Source of the DNA: Candidatus Saccharimonadota bacterium
Lineage (GTDB): Bacteria; Patescibacteriota; Gracilibacteria; BD1-5; UBA6164
Direction: 5' to 3'
Assembly: GCA_004563595.2 (NCBI GenBank)
Contig: CP042461.1
Location: 360,001 to 392,000 of the forward strand
DNA: 32,000 nucleotides
Below, piece after piece: positions 1-11,313 of this stretch; position 1 is the stretch's first letter, and every line of letters starts with the position of its first letter. The notes below the pieces were generated by a model. The model was not told the origin of the DNA and ran no database searches. It worked only from the letters and a program-made list of their open reading frames with translations. A program made the translations under genes and the position numbers.

Positions 1-1362
1 TTTGTAGTTCATTATAATCTTCCAGGGAGTATTGAAAATTATTACCAAGAAGTATGAAGAGGATGAAGAGATGGTAAAAAAAGTTACGGAGTGGTACTTG
101 CGAGTTATTGAGATACAAAAATACAAGAATTTTTTATTGAGAATTCAAATCCTGAAAAACAAGAAATTCTTGATTTTTATGATTACCTGTATAAAAATAA
201 TAAAATCTGAGAAGGTTCAGGAGAACAAATATTAAAAACATACTATGTAATGGCCTCTGAGTCCGGAGTATGAAATGATATGAAAGTATGAAGTATATTA
301 AAATTACTTGAAAAATATGGAATCGTAAGAAAGTGATTTGAATGAGAATCAGAGGATAATTTTAGAGGGAGAGGTATAACTCTTATGCAAGAAAAAAGAA
401 AACATTCAGGGTTATTAATTGATTGGAAACATCAAGAATTATTGCGTGATGAAGCTTATTTTAAGTTGGAGCAAATTAAGAAGCTTCTTTTTTACCCATC
501 ATGTAGGAAGAAATTTATTCTTCAATATTTTTGAGATAAAGAAGATTTAAAAACTCTTCCTGATAATTGCTGAGTATGTGATTATTGTCTAGATAAATCA
601 AAATATCAATCATGAGATATAGAAAACCTGGTTCAATTATCAGTATTTGAAATTGTGCTTGATGTTATGTCAAAGTTTGATAAAAGATTTGGAGTGAAAG
701 TAATAACAAACTTCTTACGGGGGAGTTCAGAAAAGAGAATTATTGAATGGGGACTTGATAAACATGAGGATTATTGAGTACTTTCAGAGTACAATTCTGA
801 GCTTGTTGAAGCTTTAATAGAAGCTTTAATTCAACATGATTATCTCGAAAAAACAACATGACAGTATCCACTTCTCTGAATGACAAAAGTTGGAACAGCT
901 GCTCTGAGGAATGAAGATATACTCAAAGAAGATGAGTCAAACCTTCAATCATTTCTGATTATGAAGGTAAAAAGATCAGCTTTTAAAAAAGCAAAAACAT
1001 GATCATCTTGAGATAAAAAAGCAAAAACTCCAAGATGAGCTACCTATAAAGAAACTCTCAAGCTATTAAAAGAATGAAAAAGCCTAAAAAAAATAGCAGG
1101 TCTTCGTGAAATAAAAATTCTTTCAATAGAATGACACGTTCTTAAACTTTATGAAGACTGAGAATTATGACTTCAGGATATTTTAAAATTAGTAGACTTT
1201 AAAAATATAAAAGAAGTAAAAGTTATATTAGAGGGAACCTTTTGATGAGTTCCTGATAAACTAAGGCCAATTAAAGATAAATTGGAAGAAGAGGGAAAAG
1301 AATACATTAGTTATTTTGAGATTAAAGCCTGTATTAGTATGTTGGGGAAGGGGGATTTATAA
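1..1362 (+). CDS. recQ: ATP-dependent DNA helicase RecQ, C-terminal part (5' end lies outside the window)
   Basis: Frame 1 is open to TAA 1360-1362 with TGA=Gly. It begins in helicase motif VI, [25 protein letters not shown], where two of the glycines are TGA. A Zn-binding Cys cluster follows (SCRKKFILQYFGDKEDLKTLPDNCGVCDYC), then a winged-helix/HTH-like tail. Confidence 0.9.
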
Positions 1363-1364
1363 TA

Positions 1365-1398
1365 AAAACGGAAAATTTATTTTCCGTTTTTTATTTTT
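1365..1398 (+). terminator. Rho-independent terminator after recQ
   Basis: Hairpin aaaacggaaa / tttccgtttt (1365-1374 pairs with 1381-1390), followed by a T-rich run. Confidence 0.7.
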
Positions 1399-1432
1399 AG
1401 GTATACTAAGAGAGATACTTTAAACACCAACC

Positions 1433-3160
1433 ATGAAGAAAAATATAATCAAAAAATTTTTTGAACCAGTAATGAGGGAAAAAAAAGTTTCCTTTAAAGC
1501 GATTATCCCAGCGATATTATCGAGTCTTATTTGAATAATAACAGTGTACCTGTTAAAAGAAATCACAAATAATATTTCAAGATGATTGAATGAATCAATA
1601 ATACCATTAATAATTTTATTTGTAGCTTGTGTGATATTTTTCTATATTACTGTAATTATTTCAAGAAATTGGACTCATGGTACTATTTGGCCTACATTTC
1701 GAGCCGTTTTATATAAGAAATATATAAGTTTATATGTTTTTCTTGATAATAATGAGTCAGAAAGGGTAGGAAGCTGAAAGATGATTGCAATGATAGATAA
1801 AGGAATTCATTCTTGGGTTGCTTTAATTGAACAATCATTAGTTGAGATTTTATCAAATAGCTTATTTATTGTATACTCATTTATTTTTATTGGGTTTATT
1901 AATATATATTATTTAATAATAGTATTATTCTTATTTAGTACTATCTTTATATTAACTGTATTTTTACAAAAAAGAGCAAAAATATATAGGATTGAGAGAA
2001 GAGATATAAACATAGGAATAACAAAAAAATTTGTAAATATTCTCATGTCAAAGTTTGAAATTTTACAAAATTGAAAATTTGATAATGAAATAAAATATAT
2101 TTTAGATAGGTTGAAATGAAATATTCGTTTAAATGCTAAAATTCAAAATTATAATATTGTTACAGATATTTTAATGAAGATTTTTATTGATGGGAGTAAG
2201 GTTTGAGTAATATTAATGTTTTGAATATGATATGGAACCAATATTATTGATTTTTGAGAATTTGTCTCTTTAATGTCGATAGTATATATTTTAGACCAAA
2301 TTTTTACTAAATCTATCCACACTTATATTGATTTTACAAAAATAATTGTAGATGTTGAGAAGCTTTGGGATTTTTTTGATCATGCATTACAAATTAAATG
2401 ATATCATAAATGAAAATCATTTGAATATAGTTCATGAGAAATAGAAATAAAAAATCTTTCATTTGGATACAATAAATGAAATAAAATTTTCAATAAATTA
2501 AATTTAAAAATTGAATGAGGAAAGGTTTTAGCTCTTATTTGAAATAGTGGTTCAGGAAAATCTACGCTTGCGAAATTAATAGCATGATATATTCATTCTG
2601 ATTCAGGAGATATTATTATAGACAATCAAAAACTCAAGAAAACATCACTGAAATCATATTATAAAAATATAGGATATCTCACTCAGGAACCATCTGTATT
2701 TGATGGAAGTGTATTAGATAATCTTACTTATGCAATTGAGAGAGATTTGCAAGATTGAGAACTAGAAAAAATCATCAAACTTGCAAAATGTGAATTTATT
2801 TACGATCTTCCAAAGTGACTAGAAACGGAAATTTGAGAAAGAGGAGTAAAGCTGTCAGGATGACAAAGGCAAAGACTTGCACTTGCAAAAATATTCTTAA
2901 AAGATCCAAAAATAATTATTCTTGATGAACCAACATCAGCACTTGATAGTTTTTCAGAGGAACAAATTACAAAAGCAATGCATAACCTCTTTAAAAATAG
3001 AACAGTTATTGTGATAGCTCATAGATTACAAACAGTCAAACATGCAGATAGAATTCTTGTAATTGAGAATGGGGAAGTTGTAGAAGATGGAAACCATAAA
3101 AGTCTCGTAAAAGAAAAATGAACCTATGCAAAGATGTTAGAACTCCAATCTGGTTTCTAA
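1433..3160 (+). CDS. ABC transporter, fused permease/ATPase (MsbA/multidrug-exporter-like), 575 aa
   Basis: ATG 1433 to TAA 3158-3160, checked line by line with no in-frame TAA/TAG. Hydrophobic N-terminal half. Walker A is GKVLALIGNSGSGKSTLAKL, with the G of LIGNSG encoded by TGA. ABC signature LSGGQRQRLALAKIF and Walker B IIILDEPTSALD are present. Confidence 0.9.
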
Positions 3161-3248
3161 ATATAAGTTTTGTCAAGAGAATAATTTAGTACTCCTCTAT
3201 ATAATATGATATTATTATTCATATATATTTAGTTATACATATGTTTAT

Positions 3249-4586
3249 ATGGGGATATCTGATGTGTTAAAATCAAATGCTCACAATAAAACCACTACTT
3301 CAAAAATAAGAGTAGGGGATTTATTTAGTATTTCAGATGATTCTAATAACGGTGATAACCTAGATTCTGATATGAATCTTAGATCACTCTGAGATAAAAA
3401 AGAAGATACAAGTCTGATTACATTTGTGAATGATATATTTTTAAATGCTTTTAAACAATGAGCCTCAGATATACACATTGAACCAAGAACAAGGTCAGTA
3501 AATATTAGATTTAGAATAGATGGAAATTTTATAGCTTATAAAACTCTTAATATAGCAAAAAAAGATTCCCTTATTGCGAGAATAAAAATTCTTTCATATT
3601 TAAGAATTGATGAGCATAGACTTCCACAGGATGGAAAAATAAATTATAAACTTTTTTGAGGAAAATCTATTGATATGAGAATCTCAATAATTCCTACTAT
3701 TTATGGAGAAAAATGCGTAATTAGAATTTTGAAAAAAGATGATACCCCACCTGAATTAAAGGACCTTTGAATTATGCCATATAATATGGTAAAAATTAAA
3801 AAACATCTCAAAGATTCGTACGGAATGATTCTAGCTGTTGGTCCTACTTGATCATGAAAAACGACTACTCTTTTTTCACTTTTGTCGCAGTTTAATGCAG
3901 AAGAACAAAATATTTCTACATTAGAAGACCCGGTTGAATATAGGATTCCATGAGTAAACCATACCCAAATTAACCCTGCTATTAGTTTTACATTTGCAAA
4001 GTGACTGAGGAGTTTACTGAGACAAGACCCCGATATTATAATGGTATGAGAAATTAGGGATGAAGAAACAGCAAAATTAGCTGTTGAGGCTTCTATTACA
4101 TGACATATTGTGTTTTCTACAATTCATACCAATTCAGCGACTCACACAATTCAGAGATTAGTAAACCTATGAGTTGATCCTCTCCTTATAAGTTCTTCAT
4201 TGAGGACTATTATATCCCAAAGGTTAGCAAGGAAGTTATGTAATGATTGTAAGCAGGCATATAATCCAAGTCCAAAAATAAGAGATTATATTGTATCAAA
4301 AGTTTGAAAATACTTAAAGAATAAAGAGGATCTTGTTTTATATAAGTCACCAGATAAATGATGCGATAAATGTAATCATACTTGATATAAATGAAGAGTT
4401 TGATTATATGAGGTACTAGAAATGACAGATCAGCTTGAATCACTTATGTTAAAAAATGCGAGTAGGTTACAGCTTGAAATTCAAGCCGTGTGAGATGGAA
4501 TGGTTCCTATCAAAGAAGATGGGCTTATGAAAGTAGTGATGTGAGAGACTTCAATAGAAGAAATCTTATCTGTCCTGGGGACTTAA
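3249..4586 (+). CDS. pilB: Type IV pilus / type II secretion assembly ATPase (PilB/GspE family), short form, 445 aa
   Basis: ATG 3249 to TAA 4584-4586, frame checked throughout. Contains GASDIHIEP, Walker A GPTGSGKTTTLFS (two TGA glycines), [15 protein letters not shown], and a tetracysteine motif CNDC...CDKCNHTGYKGRVGLYEVL. Confidence 0.9.
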
Positions 4587-4633
4587 AAAATGAAGATTGT
4601 CTAGAAAAAATAAAAACATTTGTGGGTTTATAT

Positions 4634-4662
4634 TTGCTAAGTATAATCTTATATGATAAAAT
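4634..4662 (+). promoter_or_regulatory. Candidate sigma70-type promoter (TTGCTA-N17-TAAAAT, with TG at the extended -10 position)
   Basis: ttgcta 4634-4639, 17-nt spacer, taaaat 4657-4662. It lies in the 98-nt gap between pilB and the next small ORF. The background is AT-rich, so this is weak evidence. Confidence 0.3.
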
Positions 4663-4684
4663 TATTTATGTATTATTTGTAACT

Positions 4685-4978
4685 ATGAATACACGACTAG
4701 AATCACTTTTTGAGAAATATAATCTTTCTGAGAAGGATAGATATGAAATAAGGCAAATTTATGGCTTATTGCCGATAGAAAAGCAAAAGAACTTACTCAA
4801 AAATTTTGAAGTTCTTGTATATAGGTTACAAAGAATAGAGGAAGAGATAGGTGCTGAAAGAAAAATATTAATTTGATGAGCATTAGATAATGTTAAAAAT
4901 GCAATTGATCAAGTAAGGAAAGAAAAGACTTTACAAAATACAAAAAAAGGAATAGATTTTCTTAGACAGGAAATCTAA
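4685..4978 (+). CDS. Small hypothetical protein, 97 aa, predicted helical and charged
   Basis: ATG 4685 to TAA 4976-4978. It reads through two adjacent TGA codons (LIGGALD). I recognise no family. It sits directly downstream of pilB. Confidence 0.5.
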
Positions 4979-5005
4979 TAACTTAAAAATTAAAATAAAA
5001 ATAAA

Positions 5006-5290
5006 ATGGTAATTTCAAATTGATTAGAAAGAAAATTTAATGAAGGAACATCTAAAGGGTATGAATCTTTAGATATTGAAAATATTTTCCCTGAATATAG
5101 AGAAAAAATTATAGCTTTATTGAATGATTTATGAGCTACTAATGATGAGGTTGCTGATCCTATTGTTCAAAAAGCTATAATGAACTGAAACGATGAAGTG
5201 GTTGACTTTGAAAAATATGCCACTTCAAGAAGACTAAGATCTAATGTACTAAAAGCAGCAAATGATGATAATTACACAGATGTTGCCTAA
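5006..5290 (+). CDS. Small hypothetical acidic protein, 94 aa
   Basis: ATG 5006 to TAA 5288-5290, followed by a terminator hairpin. Several in-frame TGA codons. I recognise no family. Confidence 0.5.
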
Positions 5291-5291
5291 T

Positions 5292-5328
5292 AAAAAAACA
5301 CTCAATTCATAAATCGAGTGTTTTTTTA
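5292..5328. terminator. Bidirectional terminator hairpin between convergent genes
   Basis: aaaaaacactc ... gagtgttttttt, with an A-run on one side and a T-run on the other. It lies between the + gene ending at 5290 and the - gene ending at 5329. Confidence 0.6.
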
Positions 5329-5886
5329 TTACTTATATTCTACGAGTCAGTTTATCATATTAATGTGAATAGTTTTTTCAAAAGTACCACTTCCGTAATC
5401 AGTTACTATTTCAAGTTTTTTGGAAGTAGTATCTGTACAGGCCCCTGTAAGTGATAAGTTACTTCATATAAACTCTATTGTTCAAATTCAATTTGTAATA
5501 AGAGTATCTACTGTGTTATCAAGCCTTAAACAATTTATTTCACTTATATTAAAGTTCTTTTGCGGAACTAAAGTACTTCCTGTATATATGAACCAACTTC
5601 AACTAAAATAACTCGTTACGATTTGCCCGCTTCAGACATTAGAAAAATCTATTTTCCACTTTTCTGGTACATTCAGATCAGTTCATATTCACTTCCCTAA
5701 AAGAGCATCATTACGTACATTTTCAAAGGAGTAGGTAACCTTATTTGTAAAGACCTCGAGGTCTTGCTTTTTACTTATCCTGTTAAAGTTAATACTGTTT
5801 ATTCAGAGAGAAAGAATTGCTATTATTGATATAACAACGAGTATTTCTGCTAATGTAAAAGCAGAGAGAGATTTTTTTAAGTTCAT
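5329..5886 (-). CDS. Type IV pilin-like / pseudopilin protein with prepilin N-terminal motif, 185 aa
   Basis: The full reverse-complement translation has no TAA/TAG. The N-terminus MNLKKSLSAFTLAEILVVISIIAILSLG is the class III signal / N-methylation motif (FTLxE plus a hydrophobic helix). Confidence 0.75.
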
Positions 5887-5989
5887 AAAAAAACTTGTAA
5901 TAATATAAAATTTAATAGAATGGTATTTGTATTCTATAGTACGAATAAAAAAATAAGTTCAAATTTATTTTATAATCTTGACTTTACGA

Positions 5990-6946
5990 ATGAAAAATCT
6001 ATTTAAACTATTCTCAGTATTTTTAATTATTGCAGTTTCTATATTCAGTGTACATGCAGTAAATGCACCAACAAATCTGAAAATGATTGATGCAGGTACA
6101 GATTTTATTAAAATGTGATGGGACGAAGCTGAATGAGCTTGAGGTTATTATATGTATTATGGAAAAAAGTCATGAGTTGATAACTGATATGACTTAGAAT
6201 CATATGAATTAATTGAATGACTGGAGACTCAAATTGATTGACTCGACCCTGCAACTACTTATTATTTTTCAGTAACATCAATTGATGAAAATTGAGATGA
6301 AGCTGGATTTTCAGAAGAATGAGTATTCTCTACTACTAATGTATTATGAGAAAGTATTGAGTGAGCTGTATGAGTAAAATTTGAATTTATTTGAGTAAGT
6401 GTGAAAACATATGATACTTTAGAACTTACTTTTAGTTCTGATCTTGATGCTTCAGATTCTGCCGTACGTGAATTTAAGATAGTGAACAAAGGAGATATAT
6501 TAGATGAAATTGAAGTTATTTCTACTCAATTAAACGAAGCGGACACAAAAAGAATTACTCTTGCTTTATGAGAAAAAACACTTCCAAATACAGAATATGA
6601 AGTTACTGTGATTGCTATCACTGATAAAGATGGAAGAACAATAGAATCATGAATAGATAGTATCGATTCATTTGTTGTTCCTGAAATCATTGAAACCTCT
6701 ATTGTAGATGATGAGCTAGAAGTTGACTTAAAAGCAGCTGCAGAAGTATCAGACACTGATAAAACAGTGGCAGACTGATTGTCATGAGAAGATATGAGTA
6801 GTGATGATGTTGTAAATGATACTATATCAGCAGCAAAATCTAATGAAAAACTTCCAACTACATGACCTGAACATATTTTAATATTTATCCTTGCATTTAT
6901 ACTTTGAACATTAATATTTATCTTCAAATTTAATAAAAGAAGTTAA
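5990..6946 (+). CDS. Secreted FN3 + Ig-like surface protein with C-terminal LPXTG-type sorting signal, 318 aa
   Basis: ATG 5990 to TAA 6944-6946, frame checked. Signal peptide MKNLFKLFSVFLIIAVSIFSVHAVNA. FN3-like region APTNLKMIDAGTDFIKMGWDEAEGAGGYYMYYG...TTYYFSVTSIDENGDEAGFS. C-terminus KLPTTGPEHILIFILAFILGTLIFIFKFNKRS, i.e. LPTTG, a hydrophobic span and a basic tail. Confidence 0.8.
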
Positions 6947-6971
6947 TTATACAATATACGTTAATAGCTAA

Positions 6972-7006
6972 AAAACTAATAAGTCAAAGACTTTTTAGTT
7001 TTTTAT
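6972..7006 (+). terminator. Rho-independent terminator
   Basis: A 14-bp stem, aaaactaataagtc / gactttttagtttt, with one mismatch and loop aaa, followed by a T-run. Confidence 0.65.
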
Positions 7007-7074
7007 TTTGCTCAGAACCAAAAACTCTTAAATTAGACCTTGTAAGCATTTATTTATTTAATGAAAGAAACTTT

Positions 7075-8625
7075 ATGATAGGAAATAAAAAAGCATTTAC
7101 TCTGGTTGAATTGATATGAGTAATGGTTGTCTTAGTGATCCTTTGAACAATAGCATTTATTAGCTTTCAAGGGTATGCAAAAACAGCAAGAGACTCTTGA
7201 AGAGTAACTGATGTAAATAGTATCACAAAATCACTTGAAGTTTATTATGTAAATAATTGAACCTATCCTACTCCTACTGGAGCAACACCTGTATCGTACT
7301 CATGAACAACAGTATGGACTCAAGGGACAGTCTGAGATGATGTAATAGAAGAGCTTTGATTATCATGACCTATTTTAGATCCATTACTTTGATCTGAGTA
7401 TGCATATTCAGTAACAAAATTGAATAAAGAATTTGAAGTATGAGCAGTGATGGAATGAAATTCGATAGCAAGCACTCAAATTACAAATGCAGTACATGCT
7501 GCGGGAACTAGATATACAGCATATATTAAATGAACCTATAATAAAAAAATAGCGAAAGCAGTTATGGGGAACACTACATATTTATTTGCTATTCCAAGTA
7601 TAATATCATCTGATTTATCAAATCCTGATATTATAGAAATAGCAGCAAATAAAGCATTGGTATACAGTGGATATAATAATCTTCCATCAAATATAGATAT
7701 TCCAAGTGTAGAAAATACATGAGGTTTTAATTTTGGTTGATCTGTAAACATTGTTATTTATGAATGAAGCTCTGATCCTTCATGACTTGATTCATCTGCA
7801 TTACAAACGTTTGCAGAAAACTTACAAAATGTATATGTTGCAAGTGACATAGCGAATGATCCATTATATGAAAATATTGTATCAATGAACACTTCAGATT
7901 CAACTGAAGTGAGTTCAAATATATGACCGATTATTAATAATATTTTATGAGGAAGTGTAGAGGTTTCAGAAGCTGCTATAAACTCATGTACGGTAGTAGG
8001 GGAGATCTTATCTTCAACAAGCTCATATGGATCTTGTAATACACCAGATATAATAGTTTGTTCAGGACCATGAAGTTCATATACAATTGCAGCATGTAAT
8101 GCATGAACACAAATTGGTTGAACATGAGCTACATCATACTGAGAATTATATCAATGGTGAAATAATGCAGCTCTAAAATTAGCTTGAGAAAGTTCTACAC
8201 AAATATGAGCAACTACAAGTGATAGTACTTATAGTAATACTACATTTATAAAACTTTCAGATGATTGGACATCTATTCAAAATGATAATTTATGGGGAAA
8301 TACTACGAATACAAATGTAGCGAGACAATGACCATGTGAAAATTGATACCATGTTCCAACTCAATTGGAATGGGAAAATATATACACAGTGTGATGATGG
8401 GGAACAGACGGAGATGCTATGTCAAATGCCTTAAAACTTCCTATGTCTGGTATTCGTGAAGCGACTACATGAAACATTTTTGGAGAAGGATTTCTTTCAG
8501 TTTACTGGGCTTCATCTATAAATGGCGTTTCATGAGCTTCTGCATGATTTACTTCTACTGCTATTAATCCAAGTTGATTGACTGCACGTGCTTTTTGATC
8601 TTCTGTGAGATGTTTTAAAAATTAG
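7075..8625 (+). CDS. Large type IV pilin with C-terminal FISUMP-type (Fibrobacter succinogenes major paralogous, TIGR02145-like) domain, 516 aa
   Basis: ATG 7075 to TAG 8623-8625, frame checked line by line. N-terminus MIGNKKAFTLVELIGVMVVLVILGTIAFISFQGY is a prepilin motif. The C-terminus carries FISUMP hallmarks: YGELYQWGNN, CENGYHVPTQLEWENI, LPMSGIR, SVYWASS, AFGSSVRCFKN. Confidence 0.85.
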
Positions 8626-8628
8626 AAC

Positions 8629-8663
8629 AAAAAACCTTAATCCATAGGATTGAGGTTTTTTTT
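8629..8663. terminator. Bidirectional terminator hairpin
   Basis: aaaaaaccttaatcc ata ggattgaggtttttttt (one G-U wobble). It sits between the convergent pilin gene and the lemA-like gene. Confidence 0.65.
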
Positions 8664-9165
8664 ATAAATATTTTTTTCTCATTGGAATTATTAATCATAG
8701 TATTGATATATTCTTGAGTTTGAGTAAAAAATTAAACTTAGCTATTATTTGTTTATAGAGTTCTATGTTTTTTCAGAGTTCAGAGCTTTTATTAAGAAAT
8801 ATATCTCTCATGTAAAGAAACTTTCAGCTCTTCATTAGTTTAGGATGTTTATTTGAAACTTTGAATATAAAGTTTATCTCATTATGGATGAGCTCTTGAG
8901 TTCAAATAATTTCAGGTAATTTTTGATTCCAGTTCGTTTCAGAAAAATGATACTTTTTAAGTTGTAGTATCTTATTAAATACTTGGTGATGTTTCACAAA
9001 AGAATTTTTTGTTGTTTCGTATAAACTTGGAATTCAGTTCGTTCTTTCATTAAATAACACTATAATTTTCTCTTCTAGGATCTCTATTTTTACTTTTAGG
9101 AGATATATATAGAAATAGAAAAGTATGAGTATAATGAGGACGCTTCATATTATTCAGAAGTACAT
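8662..9165 (-). CDS. lemA: LemA-family membrane protein, 167 aa
   Basis: Reverse-strand ATG at 9165 to TAA 8662-8664; length is divisible by 3 and there are no TAA/TAG. N-terminal TM MYFGIIGSVLIILILFYFYIYL. The segment RTNGIPSLYETTKNSFVKHH resembles the LemA RxDLIPNLVETVK motif, and the C-terminal HPKLMKSGKFLYMRD...YKQIIAKFN resembles YPxLKA...YN. Confidence 0.6.
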
Positions 9166-9229
9166 GAATAGTAATTTAAAATGTATATATCTATACTATA
9201 ATACTATAAAAATTAAATGAAAGCAAAAA

Positions 9230-9257
9230 TTGACTTTTTTTGAAAAAAATATAGAAT
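9230..9257 (+). promoter_or_regulatory. Candidate promoter for secE-nusG (TTGACT-N16-TAGAAT)
   Basis: ttgact 9230-9235, 16-nt spacer, tagaat 9252-9257. It lies about 70 nt upstream of the secE ATG. Confidence 0.45.
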
Positions 9258-9326
9258 GTCTCTTGACAGGTGTTGCAAAGATATGAAATTGCAGCATTTT
9301 TTTATTACTTTTTATATAAAGGATTT

Positions 9327-9509
9327 ATGATAAAATTTTTTAGTGAATCTCTGAGAGAATTACGTCATGTTGTTTGGCCAACATATACAGAAACAAGAAA
9401 ATACTTTTTGATTGTTTTAACGGTACTTGTTTTATTTGGGGTATACTTGTTTGTGGCAAGTTCATTATTTTCAGAGATTATATTTTCTGTTAAAGATATT
9501 GTTTCTTAA
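9327..9509 (+). CDS. secE: Preprotein translocase subunit SecE, 60 aa
   Basis: MIKFFSESLRELRHVVWPTYTETRKYFLIVLTVLVLFGVYLFV has the SecE signature (ELKKVxWPTxxE followed by a single TM). It is immediately upstream of nusG, as in most bacteria. I prefer ATG 9327 to the in-frame GTG 9270 from the ORF track. Confidence 0.8.
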   Translation: MIKFFSESLRELRHVVWPTYTETRKYFLIVLTVLVLFGVYLFVASSLFSEIIFSVKDIVS

Positions 9510-9572
9510 AGACTTCAATATTGCATTCTTAAAAGAAAACGTATTTGATATTTGATAATTTTTTAAAATTTT

Positions 9573-10106
9573 ATGATTAATAAAGCAGAGTGGTATGTAA
9601 TTCAAGTAATTTCTTGAACTGAGGAAAATGTAAAACAATCAATTTTTCAAAGAAGAGAAAGTTTTTGACTTGAAGATCATATTTTAGATGTTTTTGTTCC
9701 TACTCATGATGTAATATCTGTAAGAGCAACTGGAGCACAAGTTAAAAAAAAGAAAAACCTTTTACCAGGTTATATTCTTGTTCAAATGGTGGTTACAAAT
9801 GAAAGTTGGTATATAGTAAGAAATACCCCTAATGTAACAGGGTTCCTTTGAGCTTGAAATATTCCAGTACCAGTATCTGGAGAAGAATTAGAGAAGTTAA
9901 AGTGAAAGCTAAAAGAAAATGCAGAGACTTTCGAAACAAAGTATCAAGTATGAGATATTGCAACTATTATGAAATGACCATTTGAGTGAAATGAAGGGAA
10001 TATAATTGATGTAAATGAGAAAAAAGGTACAGTAAAAGTAAACATCAACTTACTTTGAAGAGATACTCCTATAGAACTAGACTTTGCGGAAGTAAAAGTT
10101 AAATAA
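9573..10106 (+). CDS. nusG: Transcription termination/antitermination factor NusG, 177 aa
   Basis: MINKAEWYVIQVISGTEENV...LLPGYILVQM...VRNTPNVTGFLGAG form the NGN domain. The C-terminal KOW is VGDIATIMKGPFEGNEGNIIDVNEKKGTVKV. Stop TAA 10104-10106. Confidence 0.9.
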
Positions 10107-10122
10107 TATGTAACTTGTATTT

Positions 10123-10788
10123 ATGAGAAAGCTTATTCATATATTGTTTATTTTCATCATTATCTTTTTTGTTAACTTTATTTTTTATTTTATATCAGAT
10201 GATTATAAATTTTTTCTAAAAAAAATTAAAGATAGTGATAGTATTATATATACAGAGGAAAAGATAGTAAATGATAACTTTGAAATTGATGATATCTGAG
10301 AATCAAATATAGTAACAGTCAAGCCAGCTCTATCAGAAAGTACAGAGCATGAAATAAGCACTCAAGTAGTTTTGGGAAACAACTATAAAGAAATAAGATA
10401 TTTATTCTCTGAATATGATTTGAAAAAAATCGAATTAAATGCAAATATTTTTGATATTACAAATGAGTACCCAGATGTATATTATGAATATTATGGACAA
10501 GATCTCACACTCTACTTCTTCACTTCAAAAACTTATACAGAAGTACAAGATATATTTCAGGTATTAGAATATGAACTTCCTATACAATTAAATGAGTTAA
10601 ATAACTTTTGAGATTCTTCTTTTTATATCAATTTAAACGAAGATATCAAAGATAGATTTGTTAGAATTATATTAGAAATTAATGGGGTAGTTGTCTGATT
10701 AAAAGTTAAAAGAGATAATTACAATGATATAAAACAAAAATTAATAAACTTTAATAATCCTGAACAGAATATTAATAAAGAGAAATAA
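10123..10788 (+). CDS. Hypothetical N-terminally membrane-anchored protein, 221 aa
   Basis: ATG 10123 to TAA 10786-10788. N-terminal TM LIHILFIFIIIFFVNFIFYFI. It is in frame with track ORF 10372-10611 and continues through TGA codons. I recognise no family. Confidence 0.6.
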
Positions 10789-10817
10789 AAAATATTTTAA
10801 TATTTTACCGTAAATAT

Positions 10818-11291
10818 ATGTCAAAAACAGTTTATTTAACAAAAGAGTGATTAAAAAACTTAGAACAAGAATTTGATACTTTAAAAAATGTAACAAGAGT
10901 TGAGATTGCAGCAAAACTTAAGGAAGCAATTTCATTTTGAGATTTATCTGAAAATGCTGAATATGAAGAGGCAAGAAATGAACAAGCTCAAGTAGAATTA
11001 AGAATTACAGATGTCGAAAGTCAATTAAAAAATGTGGAACTTATTGATGAGAATATTGATCATGATAAAGTTACTATGGGGACAATTGTAATGTTACAAA
11101 ATGTATCTGACAAGAAAAAAGAAACTTATAAAATTGTTGGTTCAACGGAAGCTAATATTTTAGCTGAACCACCTATGATTTCTAATGAATCTCCTGTATG
11201 AAAGGCAATTTTATGAAAAAAATCATGAACTACTGTAAAAGTAAATGCTCCATCAGGAAAATTTGAGTATAAAATTATTGAAATTAAATAA
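10818..11291 (+). CDS. greA: Transcription elongation factor GreA, 157 aa
   Basis: [63 protein letters not shown] is the classic GreA N-terminal coiled coil. Both GDLSENAEY and the G of KEG use TGA. Confidence 0.9.
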
Positions 11292-11313
11292 TATATATTA
11301 ATAAAAAGGAAAG

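Noticed and set aside
9270-9326. GTG 9270 as the secE start (79-aa ORF in the track).
   Set aside because: The extra 19 residues (MLQRYEIAAFFYYFLYKGF) are not SecE-like. ATG 9327 gives a typical ~60-aa SecE and leaves room for the TTGACT-N16-TAGAAT promoter at 9230-9257. GTG 9270 remains possible.
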